This document shows, piece after piece, positions 52,178 through 61,051 of a stretch of DNA of 64,000 nt (its first letter is position 1; every line of letters begins with the position of its first letter). A model generated the notes under the pieces. That model made no database searches. It saw only the letters and a list, made by a program, of their open reading frames with translations, and had not been told where the DNA came from. A program made the position numbers and the translations under genes. This DNA comes from Antedon mediterranea (lineage: Eukaryota; Animalia; Echinodermata): positions 5,912,101-5,976,100 of the forward strand of contig NC_092677.1 of assembly GCF_964355755.1 (NCBI RefSeq), read 5' to 3'.

Positions 52178-55006
52178 AGAAGGAAGATGACAATGATGTT
52201 GGAGAGGAGGATAATGACGTTGGAGAGGACGATGATGATAATGGTGATGGAGTTGAGAAGGAGGATGACGGAGAGGAGTATGACATGATGATGAGAATAC
52301 AGTATAAATGGTTCTTGATAATCAGTTCCCTAAAGAGATGTCTTTTGACTACTGTAAGCTAAACACGACTTAACAAACCTACATCGCGGTAATCTCAGAT
52401 CTAAACCATAACAATACATTATTTATTCCACTTCACGTTTTAAAGTTTTCCGACGACGTACTAATTGGAAAATGATTACCTCACAACACGTGATAATTAA
52501 GGAAAACTACCTCCTTAGAATTAATTGCTATTTTTTTTTTTTTAAATAAACGTCAATGGATTGGAAAAATCAATAGTAATAATGATAATATAGGATTACT
52601 TGACAATAAAGCATTGAATTACATATCGACTTTCAATAATTATAATTTGCGATTCTAATTTCGATGCCTGCTTCATATTCCAGTAATTATTATTAACATT
52701 TATTTTATTTGATATTTATTTGTGAAATATATCTTTAAGTTGGTTTATTACATGATTGTATATAAATTGGATTAAATCTCCTCCTTGCAAACTATGGTGA
52801 CGATAAGTCATTAACAGTCTTCTACTTATATGGGCCTATATATTGAGTTTGAAGTTTTTAAAGCTGTATTAAACACTCAGCAGAAGGTCTAGTACTACTA
52901 GTGGTAAATGCATGCATATAATGCTTCGTCAACATGTTTTTTAATCTAATATCAATTAATTATGCAAACAAAAAAGACAACCCGAAGCATTCATTTCCCA
53001 AGCTATCTTGATTTTAACACAATTGAATCGTCTAGAGTTTCAACAGAGAGAATAATGAAGATAATAGAGAAAATAATAAAATGATGCACCAGATAAAACA
53101 GGCCAATCGTTAGTAGTTTAATAATATTAGTAAATCTTGTATTTTGAAATCGTCGTATCTTGTATTTTGAAAAACTAAATATCTTAATTAGCTGCACTAG
53201 TGAAAACGAAAATATTGGAAGCAGGTCTATGCAAGTAACAAAAACATTAAATACTGCTTTGCTCTCCAAGAAGTAGGCCTACGTGGGTTATGTGTCAATG
53301 CGTTGATCTATTTCAAGAATACAATTAATTGCCTACATCAGATGTGTACCAAGTATTCTGCCCACGTGGGCTACAACCGTCAATGGTATAGGCTATGATT
53401 CTGATAACAAAATAACATTTTACGTATAATTTACATTGATGGGATCAGAAACAGAATAGAGACCGCTAGAAAGAAGTTTTTGAAGTAAGCGATAATTTTT
53501 TTTTCGCCAGCGAGATGTTTTTTGTCATTAGCAAAGAATGTTTTTTTTAATGTTAGCGAGAAGTTTTTAGGTTAGCGAGATGCGATTTTTTACGTTAGCG
53601 AAAATGTTTTTTTTTACGTTAGGGAGAGGTTTTTGACGTTAGAAATAATTAATTTATAAGGCAAGAAAAAAGTAGATGACAGAAATACGATTTGCATAAT
53701 TGTATAACCTATTTCTTATTGTACAATATAAATAGAGAAACAATCTGACACAAATTCTATTTTGTGCCATTACTAGAAATGTAATATGTATTATTGTGCT
53801 TAATAGCTGCTGTTAGATATATATATTATATGTATTAAACTATTATGTTCTGCCTTTTTTATGCTCACATTAATTTGAGATGTAATACGTTATTGCAATT
53901 CGTAACACGCATGTAGCACGGAGGCAAAGGCCGTCCTATTTAAATGCATACCGCTAATATTCTATTTAACAAAAGGTTTTTTTAATAAAAGGGCTGAGAC
54001 AGAAATTCATTAATATTTTGGATGATGCCAAGATAGAGAGATAAGAAATGGAAAATGAAGCTGTAATTATACTATTATCTAGTTCTTCGTCATTTAATAT
54101 TTTGGTGTAATGTCAAATAGTTATTAAATTTTGCCCAAAAAGTGGTTAAAAAAAATATTTACAAAAGCAGACAATAGTCAATAGTTATCGTTTTGATTTA
54201 GCTTTTTGATTATTTTATGTAGTACTTTATTTGCATATCGATTGAAATCCAATGTTGAAGTTGTGTTTTGACCTATACCAGGTACCCATTTGTACACTAG
54301 GTGAGCTAGGATACAAGGGATGCGGGGAACTTTGGATTCGAACACACGATCGGTCCAACACAGTGCACCAGACGCCTTTACGATACACTGCGGTATTGTA
54401 ATTTTAATTAGTAATTTTTAAAAAGAAATAGTATAATATTAATTTTAAAATAATATTAAAAACATCTAATATTAAGCATTGAAAAAAAAATGTGTAACGT
54501 TTGAAATTCAATCATAGTAAGTTTTGTTGTAAATGAAGAGAAGTTGGAAGGGGAACATTGAAGATTCTCCTTAAGTGATGTAAAACATTCTCAATTCAGT
54601 TCTTAAAAAGTTAAAAAAAAACTGTTTTACTCACATCACACGACGGATATATGGCGGAAACTTTTAAATTCGATGTCTAAAACTACGTAATACATTGTTA
54701 CGTATCGCATGCAAATGTTTACATTCTATTACCTATATATATATTTGTTTAATGAAAACAGTTATTCTTTATTAATATTATAAGAAGCCACACAAGTAGA
54801 TTGTGTTCGTGTGCACCGGTGTGAAAATCACGTAGAGCAAATCAATAAAAAAAAAAAAAAAAAAAAAAAAAACACAACTAAGATCAAATACCATTTTCCT
54901 ATTGCTATTAAATGTCAAATATTTAAAAGAATTGACAGAACTTACCGTGAATTATGGCATGTATAGTCAGCAAAAGCATCACATAAAAACCTTCGCTAAT
55001 CTTCAT
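10921..55006 (-). CDS. Gene 2: predicted GPI-anchored IgSF adhesion molecule (SP, 3 Ig, FN3, S/T stalk, GPI signal; Klingon/Wrapper/Lachesin/IgLON-like), 13 exons, 596 aa
   Basis: Exons 55006-54946, 35723-35571, 34610-34470, 32775-32611, 30478-30164, 29593-29434, 28801-28668, 20399-20254, 19231-19027, 18177-18142, 17341-17270, 12779-12696, 11039-10921. All have GT-AG sites and compatible phases and sum to 1791 nt with no internal stop. The family label rests on domain architecture only. Confidence 0.85.
11347..11464. repeat. Dispersed ~100-bp repeat (other copies at about 70-137 and 19600-19698)
   Basis: Shared gtttatgcattacgt..catgcataacgga..taacta(g/t)cgccatca with an internal inverted repeat. 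Confidence 0.7.
12696..12779 (-). CDS. Gene 2 exon 12, 84-nt stalk exon
   Basis: tctttgtttag acceptor, CAG|gtaact donor; encodes GAGTAKSILTSFRKNQRKASTLHAPTNP. Confidence 0.75.
13275..13460 (+). mobile_element. Non-LTR retrotransposon (CR1/L2-like) ORF2 C-terminal fragment
   Basis: Y..W..SKSVEKVQKRALRIML..Y..LSVTGLPTLVERR is the typical post-RT motif of CR1/L2-clade LINEs. Confidence 0.8.
14031..14072 (+). ncRNA. Minimal type I hammerhead ribozyme motif (Penelope/retrozyme-type)
   Basis: gca-CTGATGA(14036-14042)-at-ggc-tagtatt-gcc-c-GAAA(14059-14062)-GCTC-tgc. Conserved core boxes, stem II ggc/gcc, palindromic AGCT stem III, stem I gca/tgc. Confidence 0.6.
14327..14398 (-). tRNA. tRNA-like gene or pseudogene, Asp/Glu-type scaffold, anticodon ATC (copy 1)
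   Basis: 72-nt cloverleaf GCCCCAG-TG-GTCTAATGGTTAGGAC-A-TCTGC-ATATCAA-GCAGG-CGGT-CCGAG-TTCAAGT-CTTGG-TTGGGGC-G, followed by ACTTTTT. Confidence 0.55.
14691..14762 (-). tRNA. tRNA-like gene or pseudogene, anticodon ATC (copy 2, perfect T-stem)
   Basis: As copy 1 but with T-stem CCGAG/CTCGG; T5 run 2 nt downstream. Confidence 0.55.
15523..15645 (-). mobile_element. DINE-1/Helentron-associated (HINE-like) non-autonomous element
   Basis: Reverse-strand copy of the tttttagtcgc..(ggtc)n..cacgcgact..cttgtt family. Confidence 0.65.
16383..16582. mobile_element. PIF/Harbinger-type MITE family B, TTA TSD
   Basis: TIRs agcgtggctcccactag / ctagtgggaaccacgct with TTA at 16380-16382 and 16583-16585. Related degenerate copies at about 7820-7955 and 9470-9565. 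Confidence 0.8.
17270..17341 (-). CDS. Gene 2 exon 11, 72-nt S/T stalk exon
   Basis: ttttgtatttgtag acceptor, CAG|gtaaag donor; encodes KPIEVSSIITSQQDTTFTKTTAS. Confidence 0.75.
17555..17663. mobile_element. PIF/Harbinger-type MITE family A, TAA TSD
   Basis: TIRs agctctgactacactatcaaa / tttgatagtgtagacagagct flanked by TAA. Further copies at about 1623, 37958, 41200, 41345 and 49528. Confidence 0.8.
18142..18177 (-). CDS. Gene 2 exon 10, 36-nt Thr-rich stalk exon (AVFITPTTTTTT)
   Basis: atatttccag acceptor, gttagt donor, phase 1-1. Confidence 0.65.
19027..19231 (-). CDS. Gene 2 exon 9, FN3 C-half
   Basis: Encodes W..TTLENLRKNSTYFVIMEATN (FN3 LxxLxxxxxY motif); tttttccag acceptor, CAG|gtattt donor. 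Confidence 0.88.
20254..20399 (-). CDS. Gene 2 exon 8, FN3 N-half
   Basis: Encodes RPVAP..YILKWQV..PPVKQFKIQYK; ttttttag acceptor, gtaagt donor, phase 0. Confidence 0.88.
21541..21659 (+). mobile_element. DINE-1/HINE-like element
   Basis: tttttagtcgcgt..ctctatag..ggtcggtcggtctgt..gcacgcgact..ggccttgtt. Confidence 0.65.
22250..22870. repeat. Degenerate ~26-bp CAT-rich minisatellite (catcgtcattatctccacattatctt)n
   Basis: The motif is repeated throughout and gives the spurious His/Ser-rich ORF. Confidence 0.9.
24305..24690. repeat. GC/CpG-rich ~40-bp minisatellite
   Basis: ccg(g/a)aacggg at 24441, 24481 and 24521, with diverged gccgacgtacggccgaacag units on either side. Confidence 0.85.
25207..25331 (+). 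mobile_element. DINE-1/HINE-like element, best short copy
   Basis: 5' T-run, inverted repeat agtcgcgt-gg-acgcgact, (GTCG/GTCT)n microsatellite, 3' subTIR cacgcgact, ends cttgtt. Confidence 0.75.
27139..27451 (+). mobile_element. Kolobok-type MITE (TTAA TSD), copy 1
   Basis: ttaa|agatgtattgtcccc ... ggggacaatacatt|ttaa. Confidence 0.75.
28668..28801 (-). CDS. Gene 2 exon 7, Ig3 C-half
   Basis: ttctgcag acceptor (phase 2); encodes VKPRDYGNYTCMATNPLG; CAG|gtaaga donor. Confidence 0.9.
29434..29593 (-). CDS. Gene 2 exon 6, Ig3 N-half
   Basis: Encodes VTLACKINAIPNATLKWFKDG; ttttctag acceptor, AAG|gtaaaa donor (phase 2). Confidence 0.9.
30164..30478 (-). CDS. Gene 2 exon 5, Ig2 (I-set)
   Basis: Encodes LSCWADGIPTPFVTWF..HAGKYICYANNSLG; ttttctctag acceptor, gtaagt donor. 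Confidence 0.92.
31905..32385. repeat. 30-bp minisatellite (aaaatacaatatctcgtaggatcgcggtca)n
   Basis: Units at 32091, 32121, 32151 and onward; explains the repetitive ORFs 31829-32221 and 31933-32193. Confidence 0.92.
32611..32775 (-). CDS. Gene 2 exon 4, Ig1 C-half
   Basis: ctcttctaacag acceptor and TAG|gtacgt donor; encodes YVITIRNAKATDAGSYQCTV. Not in the ORF track. Confidence 0.9.
33824..34097. repeat. (GAT)n-rich microsatellite with internal duplication
   Basis: Degenerate GAT/GAC runs. Confidence 0.9.
34470..34610 (-). CDS. Gene 2 exon 3, Ig1 N-half
   Basis: tctttcag acceptor and TAG|gtatgc donor; encodes SITLACP..KYRWTK. Confidence 0.85.
34902..35490. mobile_element. Putative Kolobok-type non-autonomous element
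   Basis: ttaa|agctcaggtacaggca ... tgcccgcacatggcct|ttaa; imperfect TIRs with TTAA on both sides. Confidence 0.45.
35571..35723 (-). CDS. Gene 2 exon 2, Cys-containing and S/T-rich N-terminal extension
   Basis: ttttcttttccatag acceptor and G|gtacgt donor; 153 nt open, phase 1-1: GKCTSLIYGSTDIPCKDDNCLSILPPLTSSSTAQKTTSEDTQNSTPHPKSN. Confidence 0.75.
41345..41490. mobile_element. Harbinger-type MITE family A copy
   Basis: tgtctacactatcaaactagtttgac ... ttgatagtgtag; an adjacent partial copy lies at about 41200-41290. Confidence 0.65.
46280..46322. repeat. Perfect 21-bp-arm inverted repeat with 1-nt spacer
   Basis: taggtgtaattattcaatagg-c-cctattgaataattacaccta. Confidence 0.95.
47961..48017. 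repeat. Exact 27-bp tandem duplication
   Basis: cgcgctgaaaacgaggtcaattcatta x2 plus cgc. Confidence 0.95.
49528..49675. mobile_element. Harbinger-type MITE family A, degenerate copy
   Basis: actctgtctaca..atatggtagtgatatgcccaaata..gggcacatcac. Confidence 0.55.
49843..50088. repeat. (GAT/GAC/GGC)n microsatellite
   Basis: Trinucleotide runs; the poly-Met and poly-Ile ORFs are artefacts. Confidence 0.92.
51652..51726 (-). mobile_element. Degenerate tRNA-derived SINE head
   Basis: Reverse strand gctcggtggtctatagg (box A-like) ... ggtcgtgggatcgagtc (box B-like). Confidence 0.5.
51812..52293. repeat. (GAT/GAG)n purine-rich low-complexity tract
   Basis: Degenerate trinucleotide runs. Confidence 0.92.
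53495..53645. repeat. Degenerate ~22-bp tandem repeat (ttttacgttagcgaga)
   Basis: About six or seven diverged units. Confidence 0.7.
54278..54392 (-). mobile_element. Degenerate tRNA-derived SINE with CORE-like segment
   Basis: Reverse strand gttcgaatcc (box B) followed by cacctagtgtacaaatgggtacctgg. Confidence 0.45.
54946..55006 (-). CDS. Gene 2 exon 1, signal peptide MKISEGFYVMLLLTIHAIIH(G)
   Basis: tgccATGaag start context, hydrophobic core, donor CACG|gtaagt, phase 1. Confidence 0.75.
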
Positions 55007-57140
55007 GGCAACGTATACAGCACAAGTAGTAGAAGTTATATATTCCCTTGGTTCTAAACGAACAATATCAACTCATCTCTGTGACTCGATTGCATTGAAT
55101 GCACCACCAACGTAGGAGGAGGCCTACGTAATCGCTACGCATCACTGAACTTGACAGTCGTCTGCGTGTGTGTTTATTCTTCTGTCCATATCCTATTTGG
55201 CGTGTTAGTCCCTAAGCGTTTCAGGACAATCTACCGCATCAATTATGCAAAATCATGCCACTCTGCCATTTATCCTACGCTTTCTATCTTCATACTAAAA
55301 CAAATAATACAAATCAGGTTTATTTGGCATTTCGCATACCATACTATAGCCTATTTTGAAATCATTGAAAATCGAAAAAAAAAAAAACACTACGTCACAT
55401 ACGTGTGTTTGATTGTAGGCCTACACAAATTAATAATTAAAGACACTGGACCTGCAATTATTGACGTCTTGTACAAATAATTAAAACATTAAACCAGGTC
55501 ATTTCTTATCTTAAATGTGCGTTCTAAGGTTAATTATGATAAAAAGAGAAAAATAAAGCACTACCACTAAGTAGCTCGCGTCGAAAGTTCCGGTGAACAG
55601 ACGATCGTCTAATTATATTAGGCACGAACGTCCATAAGCCCGAATGCCATAAAGTTGGGCTCGAACGTCCATTAAAATTATTAGAATCGACTTATTATTT
55701 TACATTTTTGACCGTTTAAAAACGAACAAAATATCGCAATGAGTCCATAGGCCTATAGTATTTATTTTTACATCACATGTATTGTGTGACCTTAAATTAG
55801 GTACAAAAAACGTAGATCTTATGTCTTTAAAAGATATAAAATTAGGCCTCTTTAGTAGACATACAATTAATATTGTATATAATATTGGCTTACGTAGATG
55901 GCGTTTAGTAGATGCTTGGATCACTATTTACGACATTGGAAACAATCCGACAATTAACCGTACACGAGTTAAACTGAAATGATCGTGGATCTACAGTAAC
56001 ACTGTAAACATCTTACACTGAAACTGAATAGCATTCCATAGATCAGAGATATCGTAGGCTACCGTATACAATCACTAAATTCGATCGTGTAGAAAGATTT
56101 GTGTTGCATCTATTAATAGATTAATTTTACGTTTGTTGATTGACGGCAATTGACACATTTTATTTTGGCAGTTGTCTATTTATCCGACAGATGAATTAAC
56201 CTATACATTGTCGCAGAAACGTCGTATTGCCATTAGCATACATGCTGCATTGATAAAACGAGCACTACTGTCTAAACAAGCAAAGCAGCATAAGAAATTC
56301 CAGGTGTAGAATTTTGACATTCCTAAATACACGTCCCTACATTTCTTAAGTCAATGTACCTAACATCAACATAAAAAAAACTTGTCACTATAAATACGGT
56401 ATACGCTATTGTAATTATGAGATAAAGTAGGCCTACGGTACCCGGATTGCTGGTAGATGCACGGCCCTGGTAGCCATATTAGAAGAGTTACGACATTCTG
56501 TTAACGAGTTTTCAAAAGTCACATGACACTTTAAACGGCCATCTTTGTAATTCTATTTAGAGTATGGAGTTTAGGCCTACTGCAGCAGACCGAATTTAAT
56601 ATCAAACAATCCATTTATTTAAACGTTTTAAAAAAAATGTTAACGAAATGTATAAGTTACTGTGAACATGGTTTTAAACAACGAAATGTAAAAACGATGC
56701 AGTTAACTATAGAGAATCGCAAATTCTTGGACACAAAATTGGCTTCTAATCCATTTAATATCGTAACTCTTCTAAATGGCTCTAATTATTATCCAATAAT
56801 AATAATAAACAAACGGTTACATACATACCACTGTTTATGTTCATCATCAATGTTATCTTCAGTGATTTAGATTTGTCCTTTGCATATTTTAATACAAATC
56901 TTTTGATTGGTTCTTTCTTGGTACGTAATTTGCATACACAGCCAACCGCTGCTAACGGATGTACGGTATTGCTAATAATATACCAATTATAAGTATAGTA
57001 GCCTAAACTACAATCTGAAAATAAGGACAGAGTATCGGTGACCCAGGACAGCCACAAGAGCACCACTAACCGATACCTACATTAGTTGATTTGATTTTCA
57101 TTAAGAAAAATCCATCTTGGAGGATTGACCAATTGATTAA

Positions 57141-57441
57141 AGATGTATTATCCCCCTAAAAAAATAATTCTTGTTATTTGTTTTTCGTTGAATATGCCAT
57201 TTTAATGTCACCTCATATAGTTATCCACTTTGACCAAAAATTTGAAAAAATTAGTCAAATTGGATGCCAGCCAAAGGGTTTTAGGTTGAATTTAACAATT
57301 TATTTTATAAGTAAAAACATTAATTTCTTCCGGTTTTTTTCCTACCGAAGTGATTAACTTTATTAAAACTACAAAATAATATTTTCAAAGTCTGATTTTA
57401 TTAATCTTTATTTTTCATATTTTTTGGGGGACAATACATCT
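57141..57441 (-). mobile_element. Kolobok-type MITE copy 2, inverted relative to copy 1
   Basis: ttaa|agatgtattatcccc ... ggggacaatacatct|ttat; interior matches the reverse complement of 27139-27451. Confidence 0.75.
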
Positions 57442-58144
57442 TTATGTGTTTAATATGCATTTGACGAAACTAAATGATTATGATTGTCATGTATGTTGCT
57501 CATGCCATCGTAAGGTTCCTGATCATATCTCCTGAACCGTTGAACACCTGGAATTGGTAACAATCAAACTTCCTGGATGTTCAATTACTGTTTTAAATTA
57601 CTGGCAGTAGCAAAAAAAAAAATCAATTTTCAACATTTCTACAATATGCTTTTTATTATTTGTCCTTAAATTCATCTCTGAACAATATTATTTCCCTTTC
57701 TTTATCAATCGATTGATTGCATTAAATACACACAATTACCCATCAATTGTAAATTGTCTTTTATTTTGTTTTAGTGAAACACATTAAATCTGGCAGTGTG
57801 CTACTTTTCAAGCATTTCAAAAACCAGTAAGCACTTTCAGTGCTCTAAAAATTATTACCATTTTCCTATCTTATGACTGTGGACCGCTTATATGCGCTAT
57901 ATAAGAGTTTTAAAACTAGGCCTATGTGTTGTTTATTCGTTCTGTCAATATAGGCCTAATACTCGGCAGTTTCCAAGATCTGCCACCATTTATATTTAGA
58001 TTTTATAGCATTTCTTCCTTCCTTTCTTCTTGAAATTGAAATACTCTTGTATCAGTAGCAAAATAAAATACATGAAATTATGGATGAAAATAAAATGTTC
58101 AAAGTCAGGTATAACACTGGGTTCATGTGAGTCATTCGCTTTTT

Positions 58145-58954
58145 AACAAGGCCAACAGCCATTAAGTCGCGTGCTACAATGCATAGTGATACCGGACCGA
58201 CAGACAGACCGACAGACCGACAGACAGACCGACAGACAGACAGAGAGACCGACCGACCGACCGACATAGTGAACTATACTGACCGAAATTACTGAACATG
58301 TTTAAAAATGTTGAAATGTTTAAAAACATTTTTTTTTTTTTTATTTACACGTGCGTAGCCTATCACTTTCGACGTGCTCGTATAACGTAATTTCGAGTTG
58401 AAAAGTAAGTCAAGAAAACAGAAATCGGGCAAAAAGAGTGCGCCACAACATTTAACGCGCAGTGCGCGCGCAAAAATATGCGCACTCATGGCAATTTTGT
58501 AAACGCTTAAAATTGCCTGAAATGTACTCTTATTTCATCGAAAATAAATTTTGAAAATGTTAAGCGCGCGTACGCATGCGTTACATGCGCTACGCACGTA
58601 ATTTTATTGCCATATGATGATTTATGCCCTGAAATTTATGAGTACCAAATTTTATTTAATTGTGATTCATGGTTGTGAAGATATGATTACAAACGTGATT
58701 TCGTTAAATCGTGCGTAGACCGCGTAATTTTTTATTGCGCACCGTGAAAACATAACCACATTGATTCCTGGCCATAAGGAATATACTGTGAAAAATTGAC
58801 CTAGCTAGATTAAACTGATATCAAGATAAGGTCAGAAAGCGATAAAACGCATAGTGATACCGGACCGACAGACAGACAGACAGACCGACAGACAGACAGA
58901 CAGACAGACCGACCGACATAGTGAACTATAGAGTCGCTTCTACGCGACTAAAAA
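58145..58954 (-). mobile_element. Long DINE-1/HINE-like element with duplicated core and (GACA/GACC)n block
   Basis: Ends match 25207-25331. The block gcatagtgataccggaccgacag..gacatagtgaactata occurs at about 58180-58278 and 58849-58930. Confidence 0.8.
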
Positions 58955-60941
58955 TAGTTGCAAACACAGTAATTACCTTGTAAAAATGTTATGAAATAAA
59001 ATTCGGAATTTAAGATTTAAACAACGTCCTAATGTTATTTATGTTTATTTTACTAACTAGTACGATATTAAACAAGTACAATACAGAACTGTGCGTATAG
59101 TGATGTATGTACAGTAAGTTACGTCGTCTAAAAAATTACATAATAAAAATCGTATTATGAAATAAAAGTTGTTTAATAAAGAACTAAACGTTATATGAAT
59201 ATGTTATCATTGTACATAAATAACTGATGTTAAAACTAATTGGAAATAGCAGGGGTAATTGACTTTCTGTCACGCTGTAGTTGTCTCTAGGTAACTTCTT
59301 CCCAACAATCTTAATTAAAGCAACTCGGTAATGCAATTTTCAATCGATCTTTATTACACACTGATGCGACTGACGCCGGTGCCATACCAATGAGCTATCC
59401 AATTTTCCTAACTAACTTAAAATTTATGAGACTTGCAATAAAGATGAATATCTTCCATGAGAAGTAAACACCATTACACTAATTACTGTTAATAATTCAT
59501 ATTAGCCAACGATAATCATTGTTGCTTTCAAATCTTCAGCAATAAACAACTCAAATACATTCTATTTCTTGAAAATCATGCTATATTTACAAGTATCGAT
59601 TATAATTCGTATAACTAGGTATATAATTACAATTCTCATCTATACTCTCAAATTCGTAATCTCCAGTTTAATAAGAATATATACACGTATAAAAGTAAAA
59701 CTTACTCTATAATATTTAAACAGTAAACTATCTGCTTGATATTGTATCAGTATAAATGTAATGCAATGTCGAAATAAAACCCAGGTTAAGCAACGTAAGA
59801 ATGGGTATGTAGAAGGTTAGAAATTTAACCTGAAATAGAGCTATCTGATAGATTATTCCAAAGAACACAGTTCTAAAGCTTTCTAAATCAAGAATTTGTA
59901 CTATTACTAAGTCATGTTAAGTTTATAAATTCCTTCGCTGAATTCTTTTGCAATCAATCCTTCCAAAAAAAAAAAACCTTGAATATGCTAAACTATTTTG
60001 GCGCAGGGCATTCTGATTATACTTGTAAACTACAAATAGTCACCTCTCATAATTTTATACAAAAATCAGAAAACCGGTTGTAAGTGTCCACTAGCAATTA
60101 ACTGACGTAGCACAAAATGTGCTAAGCATCTATAAATACTTAATGACTGAACGCACCTTTTACTGTCTATTATTTTGATTATTTATTTGAAAATATAAAA
60201 TACCTATTTTGTTCTAAAACTCACTTGTGTTGCTTATTTAACATAACAATGCGAGTTGAATTTGACAGCTACAATAATTTGGTCCTCCTTTTTTAACATA
60301 AAAAAAATAGGTACACATTAGATCACACAGTCTGTTCACACCGAAAACGTGTAAAAGGTATTCGCAACGTACATTCACACTTGAATCGGAAAGGTGAATT
60401 ACGCTATGTATTACGGTGATTCTGTTATTTGATATTTGTTCAGACGACGTACAAAGTAAACCTGTTCTTGTCAGTGTAATAGTTTCAATAAAATGTGTGT
60501 TATTTTCTTTTTGAAAGAATTTTATTTCAGTAATCATTCTAAAATTATACTTTTCGAACAAATAATATGGATTATTAATTTATTTTTTTATTTTATTTAT
60601 TATTTAATAATGATCGATTCTACAAAACTCAACGTTTTGGTTCTCAAACATGTTTTTACATATGTTATTATGCAATTTCCTACCCATTTTTATTTATAGT
60701 AGTTGATATTCCACTGACTATCACAGTTATTCTTTTTTCTAAACTGAATGTACTTATTTCTATAAAAGAACCAGTATATTGTATAGTCACTCCATCTGTT
60801 AAGATTATTGAAAAGTCTGCTGCCATTTTAATTATTCCTAACAAAGTCTCTGTACATCCGGGTTGAACTTCATCGACTCTTGCCACGCCTTCTTATAATG
60901 TCATTCTTCGTCCGCAAAAAAACAACTTCATTTGCATTTCA

Positions 60942-61051
60942 TTACAAGAATCCAATCGACATCGTCATTAAGAGTATAACTGGGATCAAAAAGTTACTTA
61001 TCAATGTCAGGCCAACTCCATTTCCAGGCAATGTCTGAATTTGTGCATAAG
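60942..61051 (-). CDS. Gene 3 terminal coding exon, GPI-anchor-type signal; upstream exons not identified in the window
   Basis: tattttttatag acceptor, phase 1; encodes xYAQIQTLPGNGVGLTLISNFLIPVILLMTMSIGFL*, with small residues G-N-G, a spacer and a hydrophobic end. Confidence 0.65.

Noticed and set aside
54635-54676. Possible small exon after gene 2 exon 1 (ttttag ... gtgagt)
   Set aside because: In-frame TGA in the required phase; at most a poison exon, with no support.
54847-54872. Long poly(A) run after AATAAA as a retrocopy tail
   Set aside because: No recognisable upstream element body or TSD.
60680-60886. 68-aa minus ORF
   Set aside because: Lies just after the gene 3 stop in the presumed 3'UTR, with a GTG start and no motif.
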